A stretch of 64,000 nt of DNA from an uncultured delta proteobacterium (GCA_963755125.1 CAVWIP010000012.1:96001-160000); one strand, 5' to 3'. Shown: positions 48,347 to 59,322, counted from the stretch's first letter. Translations and numbers: made by a program. The notes: generated by a model not told the origin, from the letters alone.

Positions 48347-49099
48347 ATGCGGCTTGTAGGATTCTCCACCGGTGCCCTGGCTTTCGCAGATTTTCGGCGA
48401 GGGCTGCAGATGCTGCGAGGGACTGGCGCCAGGGCGGTGGAGCTTTCTGCTTTGCGTGCGGCAGAGTTGGATCCGCTGATCGAGTCGCTTGACTCCTTGG
48501 ATCTGGACCAGTTTTCGTTCAAGTCGGTCCACGCACCATCGAACGTGGATGCCCAGCACGAGCGGCACGTGGTGGAAAAGCTGCAGGCGGTTGCCCAGCG
48601 TGGCTGGCCCATCGTGGTTCACCCCGACTCCATTCACGACGATGCCCTGTGGCGGCCGCTCGGCAAGCTGGTCTGCATCGAGAACATGGACAAGCGAAAG
48701 CCCATCGCCCGCACGCGGGACGAGCTGTGCGCGTGGTTCGACCGGCTGCCCGAGGCATCCTTGTGCCTGGATCTCGCGCACGTCCGACAGATCGATCCCA
48801 CCATGACCGAGGCCTACCTGATTCTGCGCGACCTCGGGAATCGCGTGGCCGAGGTGCACCTGAGCGAGGTCAACGCCGCGAGCAAGCACGAACCCATTTC
48901 CTACGGCGCCACGCTGGCCTTTCAACAAGTGGCCTCGATGATTCCAGAGACCATCCCCGTCATCCTGGAATCGATCGTCAGCGCCGAGTTCATCGACGAC
49001 GAGATCGAAGCCGCGCACGAGGCCCTGGCGACAGGTGGTCCGCGGCCGCGGGTGCGAAGGCGCCGGTCGGGCGTGATGGCCAAGCCGGTTCACGCGTAG
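48347..49099 (+). CDS. xylose-isomerase-like / AP-endonuclease-2 TIM-barrel protein
   Basis: VGFSTG start; SVHAP, VVHPD, IENMD, LDLAH, EVHLSE, ILES metal-ligand pattern. Confidence 0.75.
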   Translation: MRLVGFSTGALAFADFRRGLQMLRGTGARAVELSALRAAELDPLIESLDSLDLDQFSFKSVHAPSNVDAQHERHVVEKLQAVAQRGWPIVVHPDSIHDDALWRPLGKLVCIENMDKRKPIARTRDELCAWFDRLPEASLCLDLAHVRQIDPTMTEAYLILRDLGNRVAEVHLSEVNAASKHEPISYGATLAFQQVASMIPETIPVILESIVSAEFIDDEIEAAHEALATGGPRPRVRRRRSGVMAKPVHA

Positions 49100-49139
49100 G
49101 TCGCTGCCCGCGCTGGCTGTCGGCGCCTTGCCAGCAGGT

Positions 49140-49358
49140 TCAATGCCTGGGCAGCCGCCGCGCCTTGCCGGCGGGCTTGAGCTGCGACCTGAGCGCATCG
49201 TTGACGGCTCTCGACATCTTGAACGCCTCCGCGACGTCAGAGGCGAGGACCACGACATTCGTGCCGCGGGCGAAATGCGCAGCGTATTTTCCACGGACGC
49301 CGCCCGAAAAATCATACTCGGGCCGCATCTCGTCGCTGTCCTGCTTCTGCAAAACCAC
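49140..49358 (-). CDS. orphan BrnA-like antitoxin (possibly 5' truncated)
   Basis: DEMRPEYDFSGGVRGKYA...VNDALR; no BrnT upstream. Confidence 0.7.
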   Translation of the reverse strand: MVLQKQDSDEMRPEYDFSGGVRGKYAAHFARGTNVVVLASDVAEAFKMSRAVNDALRSQLKPAGKARRLPRH

Positions 49359-49361
49359 CGG

Positions 49362-49838
49362 CTATCCCGCCGACTTCCAAGACGAGTCGCGATCCAGCCT
49401 GATCGGAGCTGGCTTCTTGTCTGCCCGCTCAGCAAGCAGCTCCTTGAGCGGATAGAACTGCGCGGGCTGCTGATTGACGACCATCAGGCGCAAGAATCTT
49501 TCTGCGCTCTGTGAGATGGGAACCTTGTCGTTTTCCCACTTGGACATCCATTCCGGGCCAACGGAAAGCGCGCTGGCCGCTTCGGCGCCGGAGTATCCAA
49601 GATACTTCCTGAGAAATCGAATCTCGCTCCCGCGCAGCCGCGATTTTCCCTGCGCCACGATTAGGGCCAAGACACGATGAAGTTCCTCGATCTTCGGAAT
49701 CACGACCTCGCACTCGCCACAGTCTTTGCAGCGGAGGACCTCAACGTTGACCAAGGTGACATAGTCCAGCCCGCAGGCGGTGTACTTGAAATTCTCTCGC
49801 CTGCTGGACATCTTGCTTCCGCAGTTCGAGCAAGTCAT
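49362..49838 (-). CDS. MqsA/YgiT-type zinc-finger + HTH antitoxin
   Basis: CSNCG...CKDCGE, EIRFLRKYLG...SKWEN; ATG overlaps the upstream stop. Confidence 0.88.
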   Translation of the reverse strand: MTCSNCGSKMSSRRENFKYTACGLDYVTLVNVEVLRCKDCGECEVVIPKIEELHRVLALIVAQGKSRLRGSEIRFLRKYLGYSGAEAASALSVGPEWMSKWENDKVPISQSAERFLRLMVVNQQPAQFYPLKELLAERADKKPAPIRLDRDSSWKSAG

Positions 49839-50251
49839 GGCTTCTTCTTTCTCCATGCGGTTACTACTCGTAGACGTGTCTTTGAATGAATTTCGATCAC
49901 CACCAGCATTCGTTGTGTCTCGACGTGGTACCTCCAGGATCCCGACTTGTGCAGTTCGGGTTCCCTTTCAATCTTTCCGCACCGCAAGACGTTCGCGGCG
50001 TCTACGGTGTCCATCGAATCGTTTCTTAGCTCGCTCTCACAATGTGTCGTGTAGGAGACGGTCCCGTCTCGAAGTATCTCTTGGGCGAGCCTCTTGGCCT
50101 GGTAGCGATCAAGTTTCGTGCTTCTCAGATCATCTGTGCTTCTTAGATCATCGGATGATCTGAGATCAAGTTTAGATTCATCCTCGCTTTTGTACAGCTT
50201 TTTTGTCGTGGATTCCGCGGGTGGCTCTTTCTCGTCACGTTTATGCGGCAT
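49835..50251 (-). CDS. DUF4258-like putative RNase toxin
   Basis: YTTHCESEL, NVLRCG, SWRYHV, VVTAW; immediately upstream of the MqsA-type antitoxin; N-terminal part low-complexity so start uncertain. Confidence 0.75.
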   Translation of the reverse strand: MPHKRDEKEPPAESTTKKLYKSEDESKLDLRSSDDLRSTDDLRSTKLDRYQAKRLAQEILRDGTVSYTTHCESELRNDSMDTVDAANVLRCGKIEREPELHKSGSWRYHVETQRMLVVIEIHSKTRLRVVTAWRKKKP

Positions 50252-50323
50252 CGTGAACCTTTCCCCTTGAAATCACAGCGGTAACGCTTTGGTTCCAAAT
50301 CTTCGACCCTGACGGCCAGCCCG

Positions 50324-52036
50324 TCAATCTATGACAGAATGGCAAATTTCCCGATCTCCCACGAGTGATCCGTCGTTGTTTTCCGCAGCCGCGGCTACGG
50401 CAGCCGCCAGGGATTCGGCCAGGCGGGTGGCGGTTTGCTCTTGCTTGCGGAGCTTGGCTTCTAGGTCGTCGAGGAGGGACATCAGCGCATCCACTCGCGC
50501 CACTATCCGCGCCTGCTCATCCGGCGGCGGTACTGGGAAAGGAACGAGCTTCAGACGCGCGGCCTTGATGCCCTGGGCGGTCGTGCCTGTGGCTTTAGCC
50601 TTGATGGTCGACTGAACCAGCGGGCTCATAAGAGCCATTCTCAGGTAAGCCGGGTCGATGCCAGCGACGATTGGATGGAGAGTGATGATCCGCTGGGCCA
50701 GAGCGACTCTCTCGCGGGTAAGCAGCTGCGCGACGTTGCCCAGTGGTGCCTCGGTCGTGAACAGCACGTCTCCGTATGCGGGGAGACCACGAGTCATCCA
50801 TCGGTCGAATTCCTCGGCGGCGATGTACTCGAAGGGGTCCTCCTTTATGTAGCCCATCCGCACGTTCTTGGCGGTAATGAGGCGGACACCCTCCTTCGTT
50901 TTTCTGGGTGTTCGTCCCCTGTAGTCGATGAACCGGCAAAGCTGTCCCAACGGTGCCCACTTCCAGTGTTCGGGTATCCCGAACTCGGGGTCATAGTGCT
51001 CGCCGACGGGCACGTCTACGAGCCTGGCCTTCGACGGGACAACAAGACGGCCTGACACCGCCAGGGAGAGAACACTGCCACGCAAATCGGCCACCGTCCC
51101 CGGTTCTCTCGATATGAGCGGGAAGTTGCTGTCTATGCGTTGCCAAGCGGTGGCGAGCGCAGCAGCGTTCTCAGCGGTATTGAGAGCGGTGAGGGCGCTG
51201 TGGGTGGATTGGGTGGCGAGATCGCGCTTCTTGGTTTGCTTGGCCTCCAGGTCGTCACAGAGGGCCATAAGCTGATCGACCTTCGCCACGATGCGCTTCT
51301 GCTCGGCGAGGGGTGGCAGGGGCACGTGCACAAACGCAAAGTACTCGCCAGGGACGCGCTGCTGTCCGGCAGTTCCGGTCATCCGGCTGACGCCTCCGCC
51401 GATGAAGTACGGCGTCTTGAAGAACAACAACAGGTATTGCGGTACTACGCAGGCCACGAAGGGGCGAAGGACGTGGTACTCGGTGCTCCCCGCCCCGGCT
51501 TTGCCCGGCAGCCCGTTCATCACGCACGACTTCCCATTCTGGAAGCAGGGAGTGATCCGGGCGACGGCAATGTCCCCATCGGCAAAATGGGTGTAGCCCT
51601 TCTTGATCTCGCCCCACTTTCGTGGCTCTGACCGTACGGGCTCGCGGTAGTCGGTGGGGACAAGCGCCATGGGTACAAAGCCGACTTCCGCCGAATCGGG
51701 GATGTCGTTGCGTGGAGACACAATCCCGAGATCAGAAGGGCACGACCAAGTCCAGGAGGTTGGCAGCGCCCATCCGGGGCGCGGAAGAGAATCTTCTGAT
51801 GGACGCTGTCTGGTCTTGCCCTCCCGCGCGAGCCGCTCGCCGAGGGCAGCGAGATCGACTGCCGACTTGTCTTCCGGACGGTGCGTGCCCAGTCGCCCCA
51901 TGATTGCGGCCTGAAGGATGATGTCCCGCAGATGGCTAATGCCCCCGGGGCTGTCGGCTATGGTGGCCATCTCCGATGAAACCAGATCCATGGCGTCCCT
52001 CTCGGCGCCATCTCCTGTCGTCTGCGCTGTCTTCAT
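50324..52036 (-). CDS. hsdS: type I R-M specificity subunit
   Basis: Two TRDs with conserved PLPPLAEQKRIVAKVDQLM and PVPPPDEQARIV segments. Confidence 0.93.
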   Translation of the reverse strand: MKTAQTTGDGAERDAMDLVSSEMATIADSPGGISHLRDIILQAAIMGRLGTHRPEDKSAVDLAALGERLAREGKTRQRPSEDSLPRPGWALPTSWTWSCPSDLGIVSPRNDIPDSAEVGFVPMALVPTDYREPVRSEPRKWGEIKKGYTHFADGDIAVARITPCFQNGKSCVMNGLPGKAGAGSTEYHVLRPFVACVVPQYLLLFFKTPYFIGGGVSRMTGTAGQQRVPGEYFAFVHVPLPPLAEQKRIVAKVDQLMALCDDLEAKQTKKRDLATQSTHSALTALNTAENAAALATAWQRIDSNFPLISREPGTVADLRGSVLSLAVSGRLVVPSKARLVDVPVGEHYDPEFGIPEHWKWAPLGQLCRFIDYRGRTPRKTKEGVRLITAKNVRMGYIKEDPFEYIAAEEFDRWMTRGLPAYGDVLFTTEAPLGNVAQLLTRERVALAQRIITLHPIVAGIDPAYLRMALMSPLVQSTIKAKATGTTAQGIKAARLKLVPFPVPPPDEQARIVARVDALMSLLDDLEAKLRKQEQTATRLAESLAAAVAAAAENNDGSLVGDREICHSVID

Positions 52037-53478
52037 CTTGCCCCCAACGCCTTCGCCAACTCCTCCCGCAATTTCTCCCGCACCTTGTCCACCTCCGCCG
52101 CCGCCTCCCGGTACTGCTTGAGCAGCTCATCCGGATCCCCCGGTCCATCGTCCACAGCCCGCGGGTTCTTGATGTCTAGGTTGTAGCTGCGGGCCTTGAT
52201 GTCCTCGATGCTGACTTTCCAGGCTTGGTCGGTCTCCTTGCGCTTGCCCCACCATTTCTTCTCGGGCGCGAATTCGTCGATGCGCATGGGCTTGGTCTTG
52301 CTGTAGCTCTTGTAGCCGGGCGGGTAGGGATGGTCGTAGTACCAGACGGTTTTGGTGGGCGTGCCTCTTTCAAAGAAGAGCAGGTTGGTCTTGATGCCGG
52401 TGTAGGGGCTGAACACGCCCTTGGGCAGGCGCACGATGGTGTGCAAGTTGCACTCTTCCAGCAGCTTTTCCTTGATGCGGGTCTTTACGCCCTCGCCAAA
52501 GAGCGTCCCATCGGGCAAGACCAGGGCAGCACGGCCGCCGGGCTTGAGCAAGGTCATCAGCAGCACCAGAAATAGATCGGCGGTTTCGCGGGTGCGGAAG
52601 GTCTGCGGAAAACTGTTCTCCACGCCGTCTTCTTCCATGCCGCCAAAGGGTGGATTGGTGACGATCACATCCACGCGATCCTTGGGGCCGTAGTCGCGCA
52701 AGGGACGGACCAGGGCGTTGTCGTGGCGGATGTTGGATGGCACCTCGATCTCGTGCAGGATCATGTTGGTCGTGCACAACAGGTGCGGCATGGGCTTCTT
52801 CTCGATGCCGCGGATGCTTTCCTGCAGCCTCGCCTCTTGCGCGGCGCTTTTCACGTACTGCTTGCGCACGTGCTCGATGGCGCACACCAGGAAGCCGCCG
52901 GTGCCACACGCGGGGTCGAGAACTGTTTCGCCCAGCTTGGGGTCGACCATGTCCACGATGAACTGGGTCACGGCGCGCGGGGTGTAGTATTCGCCCGCGT
53001 TCCCGGCGCCCTGCAGGTCGGCCAGGATCTGTTCGTAGATGTCGTTGAATTGGTGGCGGTCAGTGGCGCGGTTGAAGTTGATCTCGTTCAGCTTGTTGAT
53101 CACCTGGCGCATCAGGTGACCGCTCTTCATGTAGTTGTAGGCGTCCTCGAACACGTCGCGCACCACCGCGGCCAGCTTGGCCTGCTTGCCGGTGGCGGGC
53201 AGTTCCTTCAACGCCTTGAACACGTCGTTGTTCACGAAGTCGAGCAGGGCATCGCCGGTGATGCCCTCGGGGTTATTGGCCCAGGTCCGCCAGCGCAGAC
53301 GCTGCGGGATGGGGGACTTGTAGTCGTCGTCCAGCAGTTCCTTTTCGGCATCGCGGTCGTCCAGCACCTTGAGGAACAACATCCAGCCGAGCTGGCTGAC
53401 CCGCTGGGCGTCGCCATCGACCCCGGCATCCTTGCGCATGATGTCCTGGATCGTCTTGATGGTCGTACTGAGGGACAT
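52033..53478 (-). CDS. hsdM: type I R-M N6-adenine methyltransferase
   Basis: GEYYTPR, DPACGTGGF, NPPF. Confidence 0.96.
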   Translation of the reverse strand: MSLSTTIKTIQDIMRKDAGVDGDAQRVSQLGWMLFLKVLDDRDAEKELLDDDYKSPIPQRLRWRTWANNPEGITGDALLDFVNNDVFKALKELPATGKQAKLAAVVRDVFEDAYNYMKSGHLMRQVINKLNEINFNRATDRHQFNDIYEQILADLQGAGNAGEYYTPRAVTQFIVDMVDPKLGETVLDPACGTGGFLVCAIEHVRKQYVKSAAQEARLQESIRGIEKKPMPHLLCTTNMILHEIEVPSNIRHDNALVRPLRDYGPKDRVDVIVTNPPFGGMEEDGVENSFPQTFRTRETADLFLVLLMTLLKPGGRAALVLPDGTLFGEGVKTRIKEKLLEECNLHTIVRLPKGVFSPYTGIKTNLLFFERGTPTKTVWYYDHPYPPGYKSYSKTKPMRIDEFAPEKKWWGKRKETDQAWKVSIEDIKARSYNLDIKNPRAVDDGPGDPDELLKQYREAAAEVDKVREKLREELAKALGAR

Positions 53479-53510
53479 GGGACAGATCTCCGGTCAGGCC
53501 AGGCCCGACG

Positions 53511-55888
53511 TCAAGAAGCCTTGTACAGCTCGTCCTCAAGATCGCGGACAGCCTGCTGGTACTTGTCTTTGCCGCCGAAGGTTTCCACGATCTCGACCGG
53601 GGTGCCCAGGCGGGACAGCGGGTTCAGCTTGAGAACGTTCATGGTCTCGATGTCGTCCACGCCCTCGTCGGCGTACTTCTGCAGCAGCGCCTCCAGGGTA
53701 TCGCGGGCAGCGGGACCGTACTTGGTGAAGTAGTTCCGCTTGCGCACGTTGTTTGCGCGCTCCTTGCGGGTCAGGGCTGGCTGGTCAAAGGCCACGTGGC
53801 ACACGAGATCGAAGGCCGAGAAGTCCTTGCCCACTTCCTCGGCCAGCTCCTCGAAGAAGACGCCCTGCTCGCGCAGCTCGGCGACGACAGCCTGCTTGCG
53901 GTCCGCCTCGGTCCAGACTTTGAGGAACCGATCCAGGGACGCGAACTCTTTGCGCACAGCTTTGCGGACGTAGTCGCGCAAGGATTCGCTGACCAGTTTG
54001 CCGTCATTGCCGTAGTACTGGACGCGCTCGGCGAAAACGGTCACGGGTACGTCGTCCACGATGAACTTCTTGCGGTGGGTGCCTTCGGCAGAGGCAGCTT
54101 CGCCGGGACCGCCTTCCCCGATCCCCTGGGATTCGCCATCAGCGAACGCCGGCGTGGCGGCGGTGCTGCCTTCCTCGTCCGGGATCTCTGGTGGAACCGG
54201 GGACTGGTCAGGCTTGGGTCTGTAGATCTGGACCGGCTGGCCATCGAAGTCGGGATCGGCGAACAGCTCGGTGGCGCGCTTGAAGTCGATGATGGTGAAA
54301 AAGCGCTTGTTGTAGTCCTCGCGGATGCGCGTGCCGCGCCCGATGATCTGCTTGAACTCGGTCATGGACTGGATGGTCTGGTCGAGGACGATCAGCTTGC
54401 AGGTCTGGGCGTCCACGCCGGTGCTCATCAATTTCGATGTGGTCGCGATGACCGGATAGGGCTCGTCGGGAGTGATGAAGTTTTCCAGCTCGCCCTTGCC
54501 ATCGGGGCTGTCCCCGGTGATGCGCATGATGTACTTGCGGTTGGCGGAAGACAGATCCTCGTTCTCGTTGACCAGGGCCTGGCGCATGCGTTCGGCGTGA
54601 TCGATGTCTTCGCAGAAGATGATGGTCTTGTCGTAGCGGTCGGTGGCCTTGAGAAACTCGGTCACCTTGCGCGCCACGAGTTCCGTCCGCTTTTCGAGGA
54701 CCAGGGTGCGGTCGAAGTCGCGCTGATTGTAGATGCGGTCGTCGATGACCTCGCCGTGCTTGTCGCGCCTGCCTTGCTCGGGCCGCCAACCCTGAAGATC
54801 CTTGTCCAGATCGATGCGAACCACCTTGTAGGGGGCCAGGAAGCCGTCTTCGATGCCTTGCTTGAGCGAGTAGACGTAGACCGGCTCGCCGAAGTAGTTC
54901 GTGGTGGAGATGTCGGTGGTTTCCTTGGGCGTGGCGGTCAGGCCGATCTGCGTCGCCGATGAGAAATAGTCCAAGATCTCGCGCCAGGCGGAATTGGCGT
55001 TTGCGCTGCCGCGGTGACATTCATCGACCACGATCAGGTCGAAGAATCCAGGGGAGAACTGCTTGAAGATATCCTGCGACTCTTCGTTGCCAGAAATCGC
55101 CTGGTACAAGGCCAGGTAGATCTCGTAGGACTTCTCGGCCTGGCGATTCTTGATCCGGTGCATGGCCGCACCAAACGGGCTGAAGTCCTTGTTCTTGGTC
55201 TGGGTCAACAGGATGTCGCGGTCGCGAGGAACAAGATGCGCTTCTTGATGCCCGCTTTCCACAGACGCCAGATGATCTGGAACGCGGTGTAGGTCTTGCC
55301 GGTGCCAGTGGCCATGACCAGCAGGACGCGGTCTTGTCCCTTGGCGATGGCCTCGACTGTGGCGTTGATGGCGCGGGCCTGGTAGTAGCGCGGGCTCTTA
55401 TCGACGGCGTCTGGGTAGTAGTCCTGGGTGACGGTGGGCAAGCTGGCGCCGCTGATGCCCTTCCAGGTGCAGTAGCGCTTCCACAGCTCGGCCGGCGAAG
55501 GGAACGCGTCCATGGAAAATTCATGCTCGGGACGCCGCTGCTGGCCGGACCTGTCGTGTTCGAGGAAGCCGTCGCCGTTTGAGCTGTAGACCGAGGGCAC
55601 GCCCAGCATTTCGGCGTAGGTCAGGGCCTGTTGCATGCCATCGCCAACCCGGTGCTTGTTGTCCTTGGCCTCAACCACCGCGATGGGAATGTTCGGCTTG
55701 TGGAAGAGGACGTAGTCGGCGAACTTCCGCTCGCCCCGCCGGACCATGCGTCCACGGACGATGACCTGGCCGTCGGTCAAGAAGACCTGCTCACGCACCT
55801 GGGAATTGATGTCCCACCCGGCCGCGGTCAACGCCGGGGTGATGAACTTGGTGCAGATGTCCCGTTCCGACAGGTCCTTCTTGTTCAC
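53511..55888 (-). pseudogene. hsdR: type I R-M restriction subunit (EcoAI/EcoEI-like) split by a 1-bp frameshift near 55224
   Basis: GTG start NKKDLSERDICTK; ADY...VEAK nuclease, [31 protein letters not shown] / DRDILL spans two frames. Confidence 0.92.
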
Positions 55889-55958
55889 GATATGCCCGCC
55901 AGCCAGACGCCATGGTACCGCAGATCGCCGTGGCTGGCGCGATTGAAGACAGACAGTC

Positions 55959-56831
55959 TTACCCCGTCGGCTTCTTCCCCGGCGTTCCCGGCACTTTTCG
56001 GAAATCCACGAACAGCTTGCGCTCGGTGGGCTGGCAGGTGGGGCAGAAGCAGGCGTCGTCGCGGCCCACGCGTACGCGGCGGATGGTGGTGGCACACACC
56101 GGGCAGGGCTCGCCCGCGCGGCCGCGCACCTTGAGAAAGTCGCGCACCTTCACTTCGATGGGCAGATTGCGCGCCTCAATCTCGCGAATCGCGGCGTTCA
56201 GTGTGTCGCGGATGGCGGCGAAGAGACGGTCCACTTCGTCGGCCTGCAACTTGTGACAGAAGGTCTTGGGGTGCAGACGCGCGGCGAAGAGAATCTCGTC
56301 GGCGTACGCGTTGCCGATGGATGCGAGCGCGGTCTTGTCGAGGAGAAACTGCCGGACTTGATCGCGCCGGCCGGCCACCAGACGCCGCACGTACGCCAGG
56401 GTGAATTCGCTCGAAAGCAGGTCCACGCCCAGGGTGGCGAAGCCGGGGATCTGGTCCACCTGGTCGGCGCGGGCCACGTAGATTTTGCCCATGCGGGTCT
56501 CGTCCGCGTAGCGCAGCTCGGTGCCGCCCGAGAAGGCCAGCGCCAAGATCAAATCGCGGCCCGCGCGCGCCCCCACTTCCACCAACGAATACCGGCCGGT
56601 CAACATGGCGTTCACCACCAGGCACAGGCCGCCATCCAGATCGAAACGCAGAAACTGCCCGCGTCGCCTCACCTCGACGATGCGCTTGTCTTTCAGCACC
56701 GCCGGGAACGGGTCCGGCACCATGATCCGAAGCACCACCGGATCGCCGACGCGGACATCGGTGATAGGCAAGCCGCACACCGACCGGCGTAATACGGCTT
56801 CCACGTGGACCAGATCGGGCAACTCGGGCAC
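55959..56831 (-). CDS. Fpg/Nei-family DNA glycosylase
   Basis: N-terminal PELPDL, IGNAYADEIL (H2TH), CPVC...CPTC zinc finger; GTG 56831. Confidence 0.92.
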   Translation of the reverse strand: MPELPDLVHVEAVLRRSVCGLPITDVRVGDPVVLRIMVPDPFPAVLKDKRIVEVRRRGQFLRFDLDGGLCLVVNAMLTGRYSLVEVGARAGRDLILALAFSGGTELRYADETRMGKIYVARADQVDQIPGFATLGVDLLSSEFTLAYVRRLVAGRRDQVRQFLLDKTALASIGNAYADEILFAARLHPKTFCHKLQADEVDRLFAAIRDTLNAAIREIEARNLPIEVKVRDFLKVRGRAGEPCPVCATTIRRVRVGRDDACFCPTCQPTERKLFVDFRKVPGTPGKKPTG

Positions 56832-57011
56832 GTCATCACGGTAGCACCAGTGCCCGCGGTTTGCTTTGGCCCGGGTACTGGGCGCATGATGACAGTCTGC
56901 GGTGTGGCGGGGCTGACATACGTGCCCCGATCGTGTCGTCCTCGCCAAAGGCAACGGCCGGAATCCAGGCGGTCTTCCCTTTGGCTGGGCATTTGCAAGG
57001 GGTGACGAGCC

Positions 57012-58004
<993 letters not shown>

Positions 58005-58006
58005 CC

Positions 58007-59212
58007 ATGAAAACTCAACTTGCACTCGCCGCCGGTTTCGTCGGGCTTCTTGCGGCCCGCTCGGTGTTTCCCTGTGGCGCGCCCTTTGGCACAGGAATAT
58101 CGGCCAATCCGCAGCAGGACATCATCGTGGCCTACAAGAACGGCGTGGAGACCTACGTGTTCCAGCCCACGTTCTGCGGCACCGCGACCGATTTTGGGCT
58201 GATCCTGCCTGTCCCTTCAACTCTCACAGCGTCCCCGGCCCTGTCCGACCAGCAAGCCTTCACCACCGTCGATAGCCTGTCGCAGCCGGAGTACATCACC
58301 AACACCGTTTGTATGGGAGGGACCACAGGTAGTGGGACGGGGGGGCTGGCCGGCGCGGCCGGAGCGCCCGGGTCGAACGCCGGCGCCACCGTGGTTTCGA
58401 GTGGCCGGGTGGGCTTCCTCGATTGGGTTCAGCTAAAGGCTGATACCGTGGCGTCGTTCACGGATTGGCTGAACAGCAACGGGTATCCTTACGGCACGGC
58501 AGCCTCCAACGTATTTTCCTACTACGTGCAGGAGGGCTGGTACTTCGTGGCGTTCAGGATCAGCCAGGGGGCAGTGCCGGACGGCGGGAGCGGCGTGTAT
58601 TGCAATGCCCTGGGTCCGGTCGAGCTGTCGTTCACGTCCACTGTGCCGGTCGTGCCCTCGCGCATGGCGACTGCCGGCACCGTCGCGTCGTCGGGTTCCT
58701 ATTCCTACGCCTTTTCTTGGCGCATCTTTGGCATCACCACGGGCGACCAGCAACTGGCCTTTACCGATGGCGCGAACGCCAATCGGGTACTTGGATACTC
58801 GGGCGCACTGGCCGCGGCCGATGTGACTTCTTTGGCGGGTCTGGCCCAGACGGGCGACCGTCTGACCAAGCTGACTTTGACTTTTTCCTACGGATCGACG
58901 GACCCGGACGTCGGCCTGTCTTTGGCCGCCGCGAGTGACTATCGGCAGATAATATACAACACCCAGTATATCTATTGCCCCGATGCCGGCACTGACACTC
59001 CTGTCGACGCAACTCATGTGACGCCAGCGGCAGACGCAGGAACCAAGCCCGATGCGCTACCCGCACTGGCAAGTGTCGACGCCGCCGGCACCGCTGGGAT
59101 TTCTGCCAGGGGCAGCGGCTGCTCGATGGCGACAGGCTCCGCTTCCGGCGGCTGCTTCGCTCTGGCCTTGCTCGGGTTGGTGGTCGCTGTCCGGCTGCGC
59201 AGGCGGCGATAG
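58007..59212 (+). CDS. DUF2330-like exported protein with MYXO-CTERM-like tail
   Basis: DFGLILPVP, WLNSNGY, YVQEGWYFVA; ends GSGCSM...LALLGLVVAVRLRRRR. Confidence 0.78.
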   Translation: MKTQLALAAGFVGLLAARSVFPCGAPFGTGISANPQQDIIVAYKNGVETYVFQPTFCGTATDFGLILPVPSTLTASPALSDQQAFTTVDSLSQPEYITNTVCMGGTTGSGTGGLAGAAGAPGSNAGATVVSSGRVGFLDWVQLKADTVASFTDWLNSNGYPYGTAASNVFSYYVQEGWYFVAFRISQGAVPDGGSGVYCNALGPVELSFTSTVPVVPSRMATAGTVASSGSYSYAFSWRIFGITTGDQQLAFTDGANANRVLGYSGALAAADVTSLAGLAQTGDRLTKLTLTFSYGSTDPDVGLSLAAASDYRQIIYNTQYIYCPDAGTDTPVDATHVTPAADAGTKPDALPALASVDAAGTAGISARGSGCSMATGSASGGCFALALLGLVVAVRLRRRR

Positions 59213-59322
59213 GACGGGCCAGAGGCTGGAGGTTCGCGGCTATCTTGTGCCTGCGGGCGCGGCGAGGTTTGTTCGCGGCGTTCTGGCAGCAGAGCCACTC
59301 ATGGCGCGGCCGGTGCAATCAC

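Noticed and set aside
48102..49076. DGR template/variable repeat pair or prophage att sites
   Set aside because: Mismatches are mostly C/T, not adenine-specific; no RT or integrase; the repeat is a gene 3' end.
45854..50324. Integron cassette array
   Set aside because: Mixed orientations, no recurring attC-like sites, no intI.
56981..56997. sigma-54 promoter TGGC-N7-TTGCA
   Set aside because: Would place the start site only a few bases before ATG 57012, downstream of the likely RBS; weak match.
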